DNA from: Phycisphaerae bacterium
GTDB taxonomy: Bacteria; Planctomycetota; Phycisphaerae; UBA1845
Direction of reading: 5' to 3'
DNA length: 64,000 bases
Assembly (NCBI GenBank): GCA_035344155.1
Contig: DAORAL010000003.1
Coordinates: forward strand, 132,402-196,401
Of this stretch, positions 55,892-64,000 are shown in pieces (position 1 is the stretch's first letter; each line of letters starts with the position of its first letter). Both the position numbers and the translations under genes were made by a program. A model generated the notes under the pieces. That model was not told the origin of the DNA. It did no database searches and saw only the letters and a list, made by a program, of their open reading frames with translations.

Positions 55892-57148
55892 ATGTGGCAT
55901 GATCGCGGATTCAAGTGGTGTATTGCGTTGGTGGCGATGACCCTTGCCGCTCAATTTGGTTGCAACGTGAACATTCCGGCGCTTGATTCACTGATCGACG
56001 GGCTCGATCTTGATTTCGATTCGCAAGATCCGTCCGGCGAAGATGAACCGGACTGGACAGACACGTTTCCAGACGATGGTCTCCCAGGCGATGATTTTCC
56101 AGACGACGGTTTTCCAGACGACGGTTTCCTGGACGATGACTTTTTCCCAGATGACGACTTCTCGGATGACGGCGCACAAGACGGCGGTTCGGAATCGACA
56201 ACCGGCGCACAGGTTTTATTTGACGAACTTTGGCGCACATTCGACGAGAACTATTCCTACTTCGAATACAAAGGGATCGACTGGGATGACGTCCGCACGC
56301 GCTATCGTCCCCGGTTTGCATCAGACCTGTCCGACGATGAATTCGTCGATGGGCTCATCGAGATGCTGGGTGAGCTGTCGGACTTTCACGTGGAGATCAT
56401 GCACCCGGACGGAACGTGGTATGGGACCGACATGCAGGAAGTCGAATTGAACTACACATCGACGCCGCGCAATCGCTACACGCTTGACGACAACGGATAT
56501 CAAACCCTCGGCGACGGGGTTATCCATCATGCGTGGTTCCAGGAGTCTATCGCGTACATCCGCGTAGACACGTTCGGGACGGGCGCGTTCGACAACATCA
56601 GCGATGAGGACATCGAGAATCTGTTTGCCGCCTATGCCGATGCCGACGGGATCATCTTCGACGTGCGACCCAACAATGGCGGCAATGAAGACATCGCGAT
56701 GAAGTTCGCATCGCACTTTACCGCCGACGAGGTGATCTACGGATACACCGAGACGCGCGACGGACCCGCCCACGATGACTTCGGTCCATTGAACGAGAAG
56801 TCGCTTGTGCCCACGCAGCAGAATCGCTTCGATGGTCCGGTGGCTTGTCTCATCGGTCAGCGCTGCCTGAGTTCGGCTGAATGGTTCACGCTGATGATGC
56901 GGGCGTGCCCGAATGTGACGCTGGTTGGCGACACGACGCGCGGCGGATCGGGCTTTCCGCGTGAGTTTGAATTGGCCAATGGCGTGCGATACACCGTGCC
57001 GCGCTGGATCGCCTACACCGACGACTTCGAGGGAATCGAAGACTTCGGGATTGAACCTGACTCTTGGATTCCTGCGGACGAGAGCTTTGACGAATCCCAT
57101 GACTACGTGGTCGAGTTCGCCTTGACGTTGTTGTTGCCAGGCGAATAG
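55892..57148 (+). CDS. S41-family peptidase lipoprotein with N-terminal acidic D/F/P repeat linker
   Basis: The lipobox is AAQFGC. It has FDELWRTFDENYSYFEYKGIDWD, IIFDVRPNNGGN and LSSAEWFTLMM...GDTTRGGSG. Confidence 0.75.
   Translation: MWHDRGFKWCIALVAMTLAAQFGCNVNIPALDSLIDGLDLDFDSQDPSGEDEPDWTDTFPDDGLPGDDFPDDGFPDDGFLDDDFFPDDDFSDDGAQDGGSESTTGAQVLFDELWRTFDENYSYFEYKGIDWDDVRTRYRPRFASDLSDDEFVDGLIEMLGELSDFHVEIMHPDGTWYGTDMQEVELNYTSTPRNRYTLDDNGYQTLGDGVIHHAWFQESIAYIRVDTFGTGAFDNISDEDIENLFAAYADADGIIFDVRPNNGGNEDIAMKFASHFTADEVIYGYTETRDGPAHDDFGPLNEKSLVPTQQNRFDGPVACLIGQRCLSSAEWFTLMMRACPNVTLVGDTTRGGSGFPREFELANGVRYTVPRWIAYTDDFEGIEDFGIEPDSWIPADESFDESHDYVVEFALTLLLPGE
56066..56125 (+). repeat. 15-nt in-frame tandem repeats TTTCCAGACGACGGT (encoding FPDDG)
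   Basis: Perfect copies lie at 56096..56110 and 56111..56125. A 1-mismatch copy lies at 56066..56080. Confidence 0.8.
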
Positions 57149-57179
57149 GTCTGGTGAGTTCGCACGGGGCAAGTCCAAT

Positions 57180-57215
57180 CAAAAAGGGCATGCAGCCCGG
57201 TTGAGCTGCATGCCC
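57180..57215 (-). terminator. Rho-independent terminator for the giant minus-strand gene
   Basis: GGGCATGCAGC pairs with GCTGCATGCCC (11-bp stem). AAAAA on the plus strand gives a U-tract on the minus-strand transcript. Confidence 0.8.
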
Positions 57216-57243
57216 CGCGTGTATTTACGGATCGAATAACTTG

Positions 57244-60200
57244 CTACGGCACGAAGACTTTCGTCAATTCTGAGAAGTCACTCAGATCGATCAAATCGTC
57301 ATCGTTGAAGTCAGCCGCCCAGCAACTGCAACTGGTGACCGTCGCGTCGGGACCGGCCAGGCAACCTTCGAATTCGTCGTAGTCATCGATGGTTGCGAAT
57401 CCGTCGCCGTTGAAGTCACCCTTGGTCACGTATCCGAGGGTGATCGGGACCGTGCAAGTGTTGCCCGCACAGTCGGCGACCTCGACGCCACCCGTACCAC
57501 CGCATTCACCGCCAGCAATGGCGACCGAGTAACGCACGATCTTGTCGCCGGCTGTAAACGGATCGACCGTCAGCGCCAGGTTTGACGACCCGCCCGTCAG
57601 CGTGATCGAGCAAATGCCCATATCATCTGGAGCGGAGTCTTCTGCGCGACCGTCGTAACGTTCGGGGAACGTCGCCGATTCGATCGTCACGGACCAACTG
57701 TCGAATGTTCCGCCCGAGTAGCTGGACGAATCGTCAGCGACCTGGAGCGAGTAGGTGCCGACAGCCGGTGAGCCATCGAGCGCGCCAAGCGCCGGTCCGC
57801 CTTCCGGCTGATATGAACCGGTGAACGGTCCTTCGGACGACGAGTTGGGAATCGGTGCGGCGGCTTCGTCATCGAGCGTGGTGTCGATGAAGTCGTTGGC
57901 CGTGCTTCCAATGTCTGAGAGCAACGGAATCACGACCGGGCTGGTCAGCGACATGTCGATGTCGGCATCGTTCGCGTGCGTGATGTTGAACGTGATGTTC
58001 ACGTCGCTGACGATATCGAGATCCGTCACCGCAATGCTCGACGTAACGCCGGCAGCATTGTTGTTCGGGATTGTCTGCGGAAGGTCGGTGCTGACATACC
58101 GCTTGGTGTTTCCGACCGAGCCGGTGCAGACCGGATCGACGACGTCGATGTCCACGAGGACATGGCTGCGATTACCGCATGAGTCGGTCACGCGAACATA
58201 ACCGCGGCCATTCTCTGCCGGGTTGATCAAGCCCACGACGAAATCAACACTGCCTGCACCGCTTGGTGGATCAGGCGTGACGGAAACGATTTGCAGGTTC
58301 GCGCCGTACGGTGCAATTTCGACCGATGCGATTCCGGTGTCGGTTCCGAGGTTGTCCGTCGCGCTGCCTTCAAACTTGTCGGCGGCTGGATTGACGCTGC
58401 CGGTAACGACCGGTTTATCCACGTCACCGGAGGCGGCGGCCAACGCAATCGGTACGTTGGTCACGTTGCCGGCAAGGTCGGTGATCTCAACGGTTCCGCT
58501 GCCGGGTGACATCGGGTCGGTGAGTTCGACGCGATAGTCAACGACATCGTCGCCAGAGGTGTATGACGCCACCAGCGTGAGGTTGACGTCGCCCGGTGCG
58601 AGTGCAACCGAAAGGATACCGGTTTCGGCGCCGGCGTCCTTCGCGGTACCGACGTAGTATTCCGGACCGCACGGGTTCTTCAACGTCAACGACCAGCGTC
58701 TGAAGATGTTGCGGGCTGACGACGCACTGAGTTCTCTAGCGTCAATCACCTGCAGGTCCCAGTCGCCTGATGACTCAGCACCGTCAAAGACGAACAGCAT
58801 GTTGTCGCGATCGTCGGTGGTGATGCCGTCGCCGAAGAAGGCGCCGCGTCCGTCGGGCTGATGCAGTCCGAGGGTGGCTTCTGACCCGAGTACGTTTTCG
58901 TTGTGGATGTCGTCGGCTTCGGGCGCGTCGTCATCGAGAATCACGTCGAAGCTCGTCTTGGAGTTACCCAGTGCGTCGCGTTCGTCCATGCCGATTCGGT
59001 TGACGAGCATTGCTTCGTTGACGCCATGCGTCAGCCGTGCAGCAATGCGACCCTGATCGGTTGCATCCACGTTGAGGGCAACTTCGACCTCGGCCACGGT
59101 GAAGCTTTCGGGCACGCTGATCGTCGAGGTTACGCCGATCAGGTCAAAACCGTTGACAATCTGTTGAACATCTTGCGAGTAAGTCAGGCTGGTCGTGACG
59201 CCACCGGTGTTCTGCGGGGCGCTGTTGTCAGCATACCCGGACAGATTGATGATGCTCTGGCACGTATTGAACGACGTATCGGTGACAGTGACGGTCGCAA
59301 TACCGTCGGTCGTGCTGTCGATTAGTGTGACGACGTAGTCGGCGATTTGATCGCCTGGCGTAAAGCCGTCCGCAATCGTCAATTGCGTGTTGGTCCCGCT
59401 CGAAATCACGATCGAAGCGATACCGCCGCCATCGCCAAAGTCGGTAACGTTTCCAGCAAAGAATTCCGGACCCGAGAATGTCGCGTCGATATCGAGCGAC
59501 CACGAAACGAGTGAACCGCCGAAGCTCTCTGATGAACTGTCGTCAACCACCCGCAGCTTCCAGACGCCTTGTGCGTCTTCACCATTGAGCTTGGCCAATC
59601 CGTCTGGATCTTCCGGCAGCCAGACGCCGGTGTATGGTGCGTCGCCGCTCAAGATTGGAATGATCGTGTCACCATCATCATCGAACGTCGTACCGGTGAA
59701 GTCGGCGGCGCTGCCGCTTCCGCGGTCGGTCACAAGTTCTACCGATGTTCCGCTCGGGCTGATCAGGAACAGATCAATGTCGCCCGTGTCCAGCGTTTCG
59801 ATATTCACCGTGACATTCACGTCCGTGATGATTCCGGAATCGGCGATTTCGATCATGCCGTTGGTCGTGCCATCCGGGCTGCTGTTGTCGGGAATGTGCA
59901 GCCGCGGATGCATGCTGACTGGCGACCGATTTGAAACGTTCATGCCCATGCAATTCGGACCGTTGATGTCGATGGCCACAACGGCACACGCGGTGTTGCC
60001 GGCACAGTCTTCGACGACCAGTTTCGCGGAACCGTTCGTACCCATGTCAACGAGTTCAATGGTCAGGTTCGCGGATGGGTCGCCGGGGGTGAAGCTTCCG
60101 GTCAACGTCAGGTTGGTGTTGTCGTACAAGGTGACGTTGCAGACGCCCGAGTCGCCGACGGCCATATCCGTTGCAACAATGTCGATGTCGTCGTTGACAA

Positions 60201-62088
60201 AGTCCGGCGTGACAGCGACGAGCGGATCGATGACTTCGGAAAGTGCTGGAGCTGCATCGTTGCGGAAGATCGCCAACTCGTAGGTTTCCTTGGGACCGAC
60301 GCCCGATGCGCTCTGCTGCTCGACCGACACGTAGTGTGTCCCTGTGGTTCGTGCGATAAAGAATGCAGCTTGTGCGGGGTAGTCCTCAGCCCCTTGCACC
60401 GTGTTCGAATCGCTGGCGTCGGAAATCAAAACGTCTTCTGCCGGGTCGTAGACGGCCAACTTGCCGTGGAATCCATTCGTATTCACGCTTGCGCTTTGTG
60501 TCGGATCTGAGTCACGCTCAGGATCGCCGTCGAGGGAAATGAAGATGCGATCACCGGCCGTCGCTTCAAAGGCGTAGAAGTCGACATCGCCGTCGGTATC
60601 CACAACGCCGCCGAAGAAGTCTTTACCGCTGCGGTCGGCGGCTGCGATCGTGTTGTTCGGCTCGCATTCGGCGAGTGCATTGCGATCGGCTGGTTCGACG
60701 CCGACGTGCATGCGGTAGCGGTGAACCGTGCCTGTCGCGCTTTGCGCATTGACTTGCAGGTAGTGTGAAGCATCCGACGTGAACCGCGCACCAGCAATGG
60801 TCGGTGCACTTGTCGAATAGATGAAGTAGAGATCGTCAATCGGTGAATCAAGACCGTCGGCGTCCTCGTCATCGAATTCGATCAGCGTCGTGCCGTCCGC
60901 GGCGAAAAAGCTCATGTCGGTATCGATCGTGCTGTTCGAGCTACCGCCGTTGTTTGCCCACGCGTACACGCGGTCGCCGGTCAGACCGGGAATTTCCCAG
61001 TAGTCCGAATCACCGGGACCAACGATCTGACCACCGTTCAGCGGCGTGTCGATCGGTGTGGCCGTGCCAGGCGTATCGTTCGGTTCGACCTCGTTGACTT
61101 CATAGTTGAAGGCGTCGTCGATGATAAGGGCATAGAAACCGGAGTTCAGCGTCGTGCTCTCATTGTCCACGAAGATCCAGTAGTCTTTGTTCTGTTCAAG
61201 CTGAACGACGACAAACTCGTGTTTGCCGCTTCCGGTTCCGCCGGCGCTGTGATTGGATGCGCCCATGCAGCCGTCAAGGAAAAACGGATCGCACGAATCG
61301 TCGATGTACAACAGCGCGTCGAAGCCACTGCCCACCAGTTCAATCGCATAGAGTCCATCGGCGGGTGCGGTGAATTTGTAAACGTGATCGATACCTGGTG
61401 CGGTGGCTGTTGATGTCGCCACGGCACAAACCCCGGTATCCTGGGCGAACGCGAAATCGTTTGTGGCGCCGTCGATGTCATTGAGGACCACGATCGGAAG
61501 TGAATTGGTCGTGATGTCAATGTCGGCACCGGAGCAGTTGTCCACGTCGCGGGCGATAAGGTGGTCAACCAAAAGCGTAAACAGGAATTCATCACGGGTT
61601 TGCAGATTGTGATCCACGCCGATGAGGTATTCGACGCCGGCAAGCAATTCGACATCGAGAATGAGCGGGCGTGCATTACCAGGCGCTCGCGATGCACCGA
61701 CCAAACCGTTGGTCGATACTTCAAATACATAGACCGAAAACCTTCGGTCAGAGCTGCGAAGCGGTGCATGGTGCCACGGATTCAATTGAAAGCGATACGT
61801 GTCGGTGGTGTCGGGTGTGAACGAATAGAACACGTCCGGTCCATCCGCGTTCGGGTCAATCGATGGGTCACCGATTGTCGTGATGCTGTCATCGGCGCTG
61901 GTTGTTGTTCCCAAAATAAGCTGAGGCAAGTTGGTACTGATTACTTCGGCGTCCATGGGGCGATCGTTCGCCGGGGCTGGTGGTAGCGCGGTTGCTATCG
62001 ATGGATACACCAATAGCGCCAAAGCGGCAGACGCCACCACAATCTTCATCGATCGGATGGCAATGGGGTTGGGGCGGGAGTTGTGCAT
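57244..62088 (-). CDS. Giant secreted protein: four PPC (pre-peptidase C-terminal)-like domains, three proprotein-convertase P-domains alternating with five copies of an unnamed ~80-aa repeat, and a C-terminal dockerin-like module
   Basis: GGAGGAGG lies 7 nt upstream of the ATG at 62088, and a signal peptide is present. EPND/EPNN...DxDFY motifs mark the PPC-like domains. DVNVTVNIETLDTGDIDLFLISPSGTSVEL...GVWKLRVVDD...SWSL is P-domain-like and occurs three times. The tail reads DFNGDGFATIDDYDEFEGCLAGP...DFNDDDLIDLSDF. Confidence 0.7.
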   Translation of the reverse strand: MHNSRPNPIAIRSMKIVVASAALALLVYPSIATALPPAPANDRPMDAEVISTNLPQLILGTTTSADDSITTIGDPSIDPNADGPDVFYSFTPDTTDTYRFQLNPWHHAPLRSSDRRFSVYVFEVSTNGLVGASRAPGNARPLILDVELLAGVEYLIGVDHNLQTRDEFLFTLLVDHLIARDVDNCSGADIDITTNSLPIVVLNDIDGATNDFAFAQDTGVCAVATSTATAPGIDHVYKFTAPADGLYAIELVGSGFDALLYIDDSCDPFFLDGCMGASNHSAGGTGSGKHEFVVVQLEQNKDYWIFVDNESTTLNSGFYALIIDDAFNYEVNEVEPNDTPGTATPIDTPLNGGQIVGPGDSDYWEIPGLTGDRVYAWANNGGSSNSTIDTDMSFFAADGTTLIEFDDEDADGLDSPIDDLYFIYSTSAPTIAGARFTSDASHYLQVNAQSATGTVHRYRMHVGVEPADRNALAECEPNNTIAAADRSGKDFFGGVVDTDGDVDFYAFEATAGDRIFISLDGDPERDSDPTQSASVNTNGFHGKLAVYDPAEDVLISDASDSNTVQGAEDYPAQAAFFIARTTGTHYVSVEQQSASGVGPKETYELAIFRNDAAPALSEVIDPLVAVTPDFVNDDIDIVATDMAVGDSGVCNVTLYDNTNLTLTGSFTPGDPSANLTIELVDMGTNGSAKLVVEDCAGNTACAVVAIDINGPNCMGMNVSNRSPVSMHPRLHIPDNSSPDGTTNGMIEIADSGIITDVNVTVNIETLDTGDIDLFLISPSGTSVELVTDRGSGSAADFTGTTFDDDGDTIIPILSGDAPYTGVWLPEDPDGLAKLNGEDAQGVWKLRVVDDSSSESFGGSLVSWSLDIDATFSGPEFFAGNVTDFGDGGGIASIVISSGTNTQLTIADGFTPGDQIADYVVTLIDSTTDGIATVTVTDTSFNTCQSIINLSGYADNSAPQNTGGVTTSLTYSQDVQQIVNGFDLIGVTSTISVPESFTVAEVEVALNVDATDQGRIAARLTHGVNEAMLVNRIGMDERDALGNSKTSFDVILDDDAPEADDIHNENVLGSEATLGLHQPDGRGAFFGDGITTDDRDNMLFVFDGAESSGDWDLQVIDARELSASSARNIFRRWSLTLKNPCGPEYYVGTAKDAGAETGILSVALAPGDVNLTLVASYTSGDDVVDYRVELTDPMSPGSGTVEITDLAGNVTNVPIALAAASGDVDKPVVTGSVNPAADKFEGSATDNLGTDTGIASVEIAPYGANLQIVSVTPDPPSGAGSVDFVVGLINPAENGRGYVRVTDSCGNRSHVLVDIDVVDPVCTGSVGNTKRYVSTDLPQTIPNNNAAGVTSSIAVTDLDIVSDVNITFNITHANDADIDMSLTSPVVIPLLSDIGSTANDFIDTTLDDEAAAPIPNSSSEGPFTGSYQPEGGPALGALDGSPAVGTYSLQVADDSSSYSGGTFDSWSVTIESATFPERYDGRAEDSAPDDMGICSITLTGGSSNLALTVDPFTAGDKIVRYSVAIAGGECGGTGGVEVADCAGNTCTVPITLGYVTKGDFNGDGFATIDDYDEFEGCLAGPDATVTSCSCWAADFNDDDLIDLSDFSELTKVFVP

Positions 62089-62870
62089 GGTCGTTCCTCC
62101 TCCAAACGCAAGATTGGTCAGTTGCCAGCCGCGTCGACTCCTTAACTTACGGAACATCGGGCGCGTACATCTGGCAAATACGAGTGGTTGAATTAATCTG
62201 CATCAAGCCATCTTGTCATATCGCTACGTCTTGACGGCATCGCATGTTGTGGTTGTTGATCATTAGAATCGCGCCTTGATAACCGCTCGGCGCTTTGCAG
62301 CCCGGGGCGGAAGCGGAACATTGACGCCTGGACATGCGCCTTGACTGAAATGCTTTACCACCTTCGCCTTCTCAACCACTAAGTTGAGCAAAACGCGAGG
62401 GGTGAATCAAGCCTGTTGCCAAATGTGTCCGCTGCGATTTCGGTTGAATTTGGCGCCTGGACGATCGCGGCCGATCGTAACTTTGAATGGGACAAACTGT
62501 TAGTCCGAACAGTCGATTCGAAGTCGACCTGGACGCACCCGAGTTGCGTAGTGTCTTCCTGTTTTAATGTTTTCCCAACTTAACACGTCATGGCTTATTG
62601 GTGTTAATTTGAGACAAGTCGAAAGCGGTACTGAGTCAAGCCTGAATGGGTGGTGTTGGCATGCGTTGGTCGCTTCCGACGAATCGTGCAAGTCATGGGC
62701 TCCTATCGGGCGGGCGGATGCGCATCGGTAATTCACCGCACGAATTTTTTGACATTGAACTGCCGCTGGCCAATTCCTAAGCTGGTGGTTCGCGTGTCAT
62801 TTGCACACGGCGAACCTCATCACTTGTATCGCTGCGGAGGGGCAGCCGATTCTCAGTTACCAAAGCTCGC

Positions 62871-62910
62871 TTCACGAAAGTCAGGAAAGTTTCACGAAGG
62901 TCAGGGAATT
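62871..62910 (+). promoter_or_regulatory. Two 20-bp tandem direct repeats upstream of the S8 protease gene
   Basis: TTCACGAAAGTCAGGAAAGT and TTCACGAAGGTCAGGGAATT match at 17 of 20 positions. They end 60 nt before the ATG at 62971. Confidence 0.5.
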
Positions 62911-62970
62911 CGTGCAAGAGTTACGTATCGAGCAAAGAACAGAATTGTCTCTAAGGTTGGAGTATGCCTG

Positions 62971-64000
62971 ATGATCTACAGCGCATCCAAACTACCGCGC
63001 ATTTTCCTCGTTCTGCCAGTCGCTTTTTGCATTGCCTCGGCGTCGGCTGACAATGCCGCAGCGCCGAATGAGTTTCCGCAACTTTCAACCCTGCCGGATT
63101 ATTTCCATGATGCGGCTGGCACGAAACCACTTCGCGCTGCAACCGATCAATTCATTGTGCGAATGCGACCTGCATCGGGTCGCGATGTGAGTGTGCGGCC
63201 GACGGCACTGGGCGGGTTGCCTGACCCGGAAAAGTTTCCGAAGTTTCTGGTGGAACACGAACGCCTCATGGCCCAGCGCGGACTGCACGTCGTGCGCAAC
63301 ATGGATGCGCAGCGCATCCGTGCCTCAGCCGACGTGACCGATGTGATGCCCGTTCTCTATCATGGCGACAGCGATGTGCCGATTTATCCGACCAATCGTG
63401 TGGTCATTCGGCTTAATGACATCAACCGGCTCTCAGAGCTAAAGCAGATTGCCACGCACTACGGATGTGATCTTGTTGAAAAGTCGCGCGGAACCAATCG
63501 TTTTGTCCTAGTCGTTCAGGATACCGAGCTGGTTAATCCGGTCGCGTTGGCGAACTGGTTGGATGAACGCGGCAACTTCGCCGACTACGCTGAACCGGCA
63601 TTTCACCTGCCGAAGATCGCGCTGTCGCCCGACCCGATCAATGATCCCATCTATCCGCAGCAGTGGCATCTCGACAACGATGTCGCCAACGGCGCGGCAG
63701 CGGGCAGCGACCTCAACATGGAAGCGGCATGGGATTCAAGCTATGGCGCGACGGCGCTCGGTTCACCAACCGTGCGCGTATCCGTTCTCGACGAATGCGT
63801 TGAAAAGTTTCATCCGGATCTGTTTCCCAACTGGGCAGCCGGTCTCGACCTCGACCCCGATATTCCTGACGACGATCCGAGTCCCGATGCCGGTCAGCGA
63901 CACGGTACCGCGTGTGCAGGGCTCGCGGTCGCAGCGGCCAACAACATCGGCGTCCGCGGAACCGCGCCGAATTGCGGACTGATTGGCGTCAAGTTTTTCG
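62971..64000 (+). CDS. Secreted subtilase (S8), kexin/proprotein-convertase-like; 3' end outside window
   Basis: This frame is not in the ORF track because it has no stop inside the window. It has a signal peptide (MIYSASKLPRIFLVLPVAFCIASASA) and a propeptide. It carries DPIYPQQWHLDN, VRVSVLDECVE (catalytic Asp) and HGTACAGLAVAAANN (catalytic His). Confidence 0.85.
   Translation, partial: MIYSASKLPRIFLVLPVAFCIASASADNAAAPNEFPQLSTLPDYFHDAAGTKPLRAATDQFIVRMRPASGRDVSVRPTALGGLPDPEKFPKFLVEHERLMAQRGLHVVRNMDAQRIRASADVTDVMPVLYHGDSDVPIYPTNRVVIRLNDINRLSELKQIATHYGCDLVEKSRGTNRFVLVVQDTELVNPVALANWLDERGNFADYAEPAFHLPKIALSPDPINDPIYPQQWHLDNDVANGAAAGSDLNMEAAWDSSYGATALGSPTVRVSVLDECVEKFHPDLFPNWAAGLDLDPDIPDDDPSPDAGQRHGTACAGLAVAAANNIGVRGTAPNCGLIGVKFF

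Noticed and set aside
62500-62736. 78-aa minus-strand ORF in the long divergent intergenic region
   Set aside because: It has no ribosome-binding site or motif and an odd composition. It is more likely non-coding regulatory DNA.
63563-63982. 139-aa ORF listed in the track
   Set aside because: It is in the wrong frame. The open frame from 62971 to the window end encodes clear subtilase Asp and His motifs and covers the same bases.
1-64000. Search for CRISPR arrays, transposases, integrases, phage genes, rRNA and tRNA
   Set aside because: I saw no spaced direct-repeat array, no DDE or tyrosine-recombinase motifs in any long ORF, and no rRNA- or tRNA-like conserved segments. The window looks like core chromosome with accessory surface-protein genes.

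Overview
GC-rich, densely coded bacterial chromosome segment. All calls rest on motif reading of the six-frame track and the raw sequence; no searches were run. The gene content points to Planctomycetota, possibly Phycisphaerae-like: a DUF1559 prepilin-like protein, a PEP-CTERM protein, an ECF sigma factor fused in operon to a Ser/Thr kinase, many lipoproteins, and dockerin-like tails.

Layout from left to right:
- 1-2 kb: a HAF-repeat secreted protein and two small PilZ-like genes.
- 2-6.9 kb: carB-carA, in reversed order with an ATGA overlap.
- 7.4-20.1 kb: a LacI-controlled beta-glucan utilisation locus (GH3, GPH symporter, LacI, two COG5368/GH144-like proteins, a GH94 phosphorylase, GH1). 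Three near-identical 14-bp palindromic operators sit in its promoter regions.
- 20.4-27.6 kb: secreted or surface proteins (PEP-CTERM, DUF1559, a CBM-repeat dockerin protein, a discoidin plus six-hairpin protein).
- 27.6-31.4 kb: an island of orphan envelope proteins, including a lipoprotein with an exact secreted-PLA2 active-site motif.
- 31.5-35.6 kb: a BigR/Blh-type sulfide or persulfide detoxification operon.
- 35.8-38.3 kb: five tandem, translationally coupled paralogs encoding 2-TM proteins that end in a poly-Arg stretch and a CxxCGY..LTG..CPECG zinc ribbon. One carries an in-frame TAG. This is the most novel-looking unit in the window.
- 38.8-41.5 kb: a CHASE hybrid histidine kinase.
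- 41.6-44.4 kb: an arsR / DUF4405 / ArsP-like permease / thioredoxin-like operon.
- 45.8-52 kb: nfnAB-like genes, a thioesterase, a Cys/Met PLP enzyme and malic enzyme.
- 52.1-55.4 kb: the ECF sigma and Ser/Thr kinase pair.
- 55.6-57.1 kb: an S41 peptidase.
- 57.2-62.1 kb: a 1614-aa surface protein with three proprotein-convertase P-domains but no catalytic domain. It sits divergent to a kexin-like S8 protease that runs off the window end.

No rRNA, tRNA, CRISPR array, transposase or integrase was recognised.
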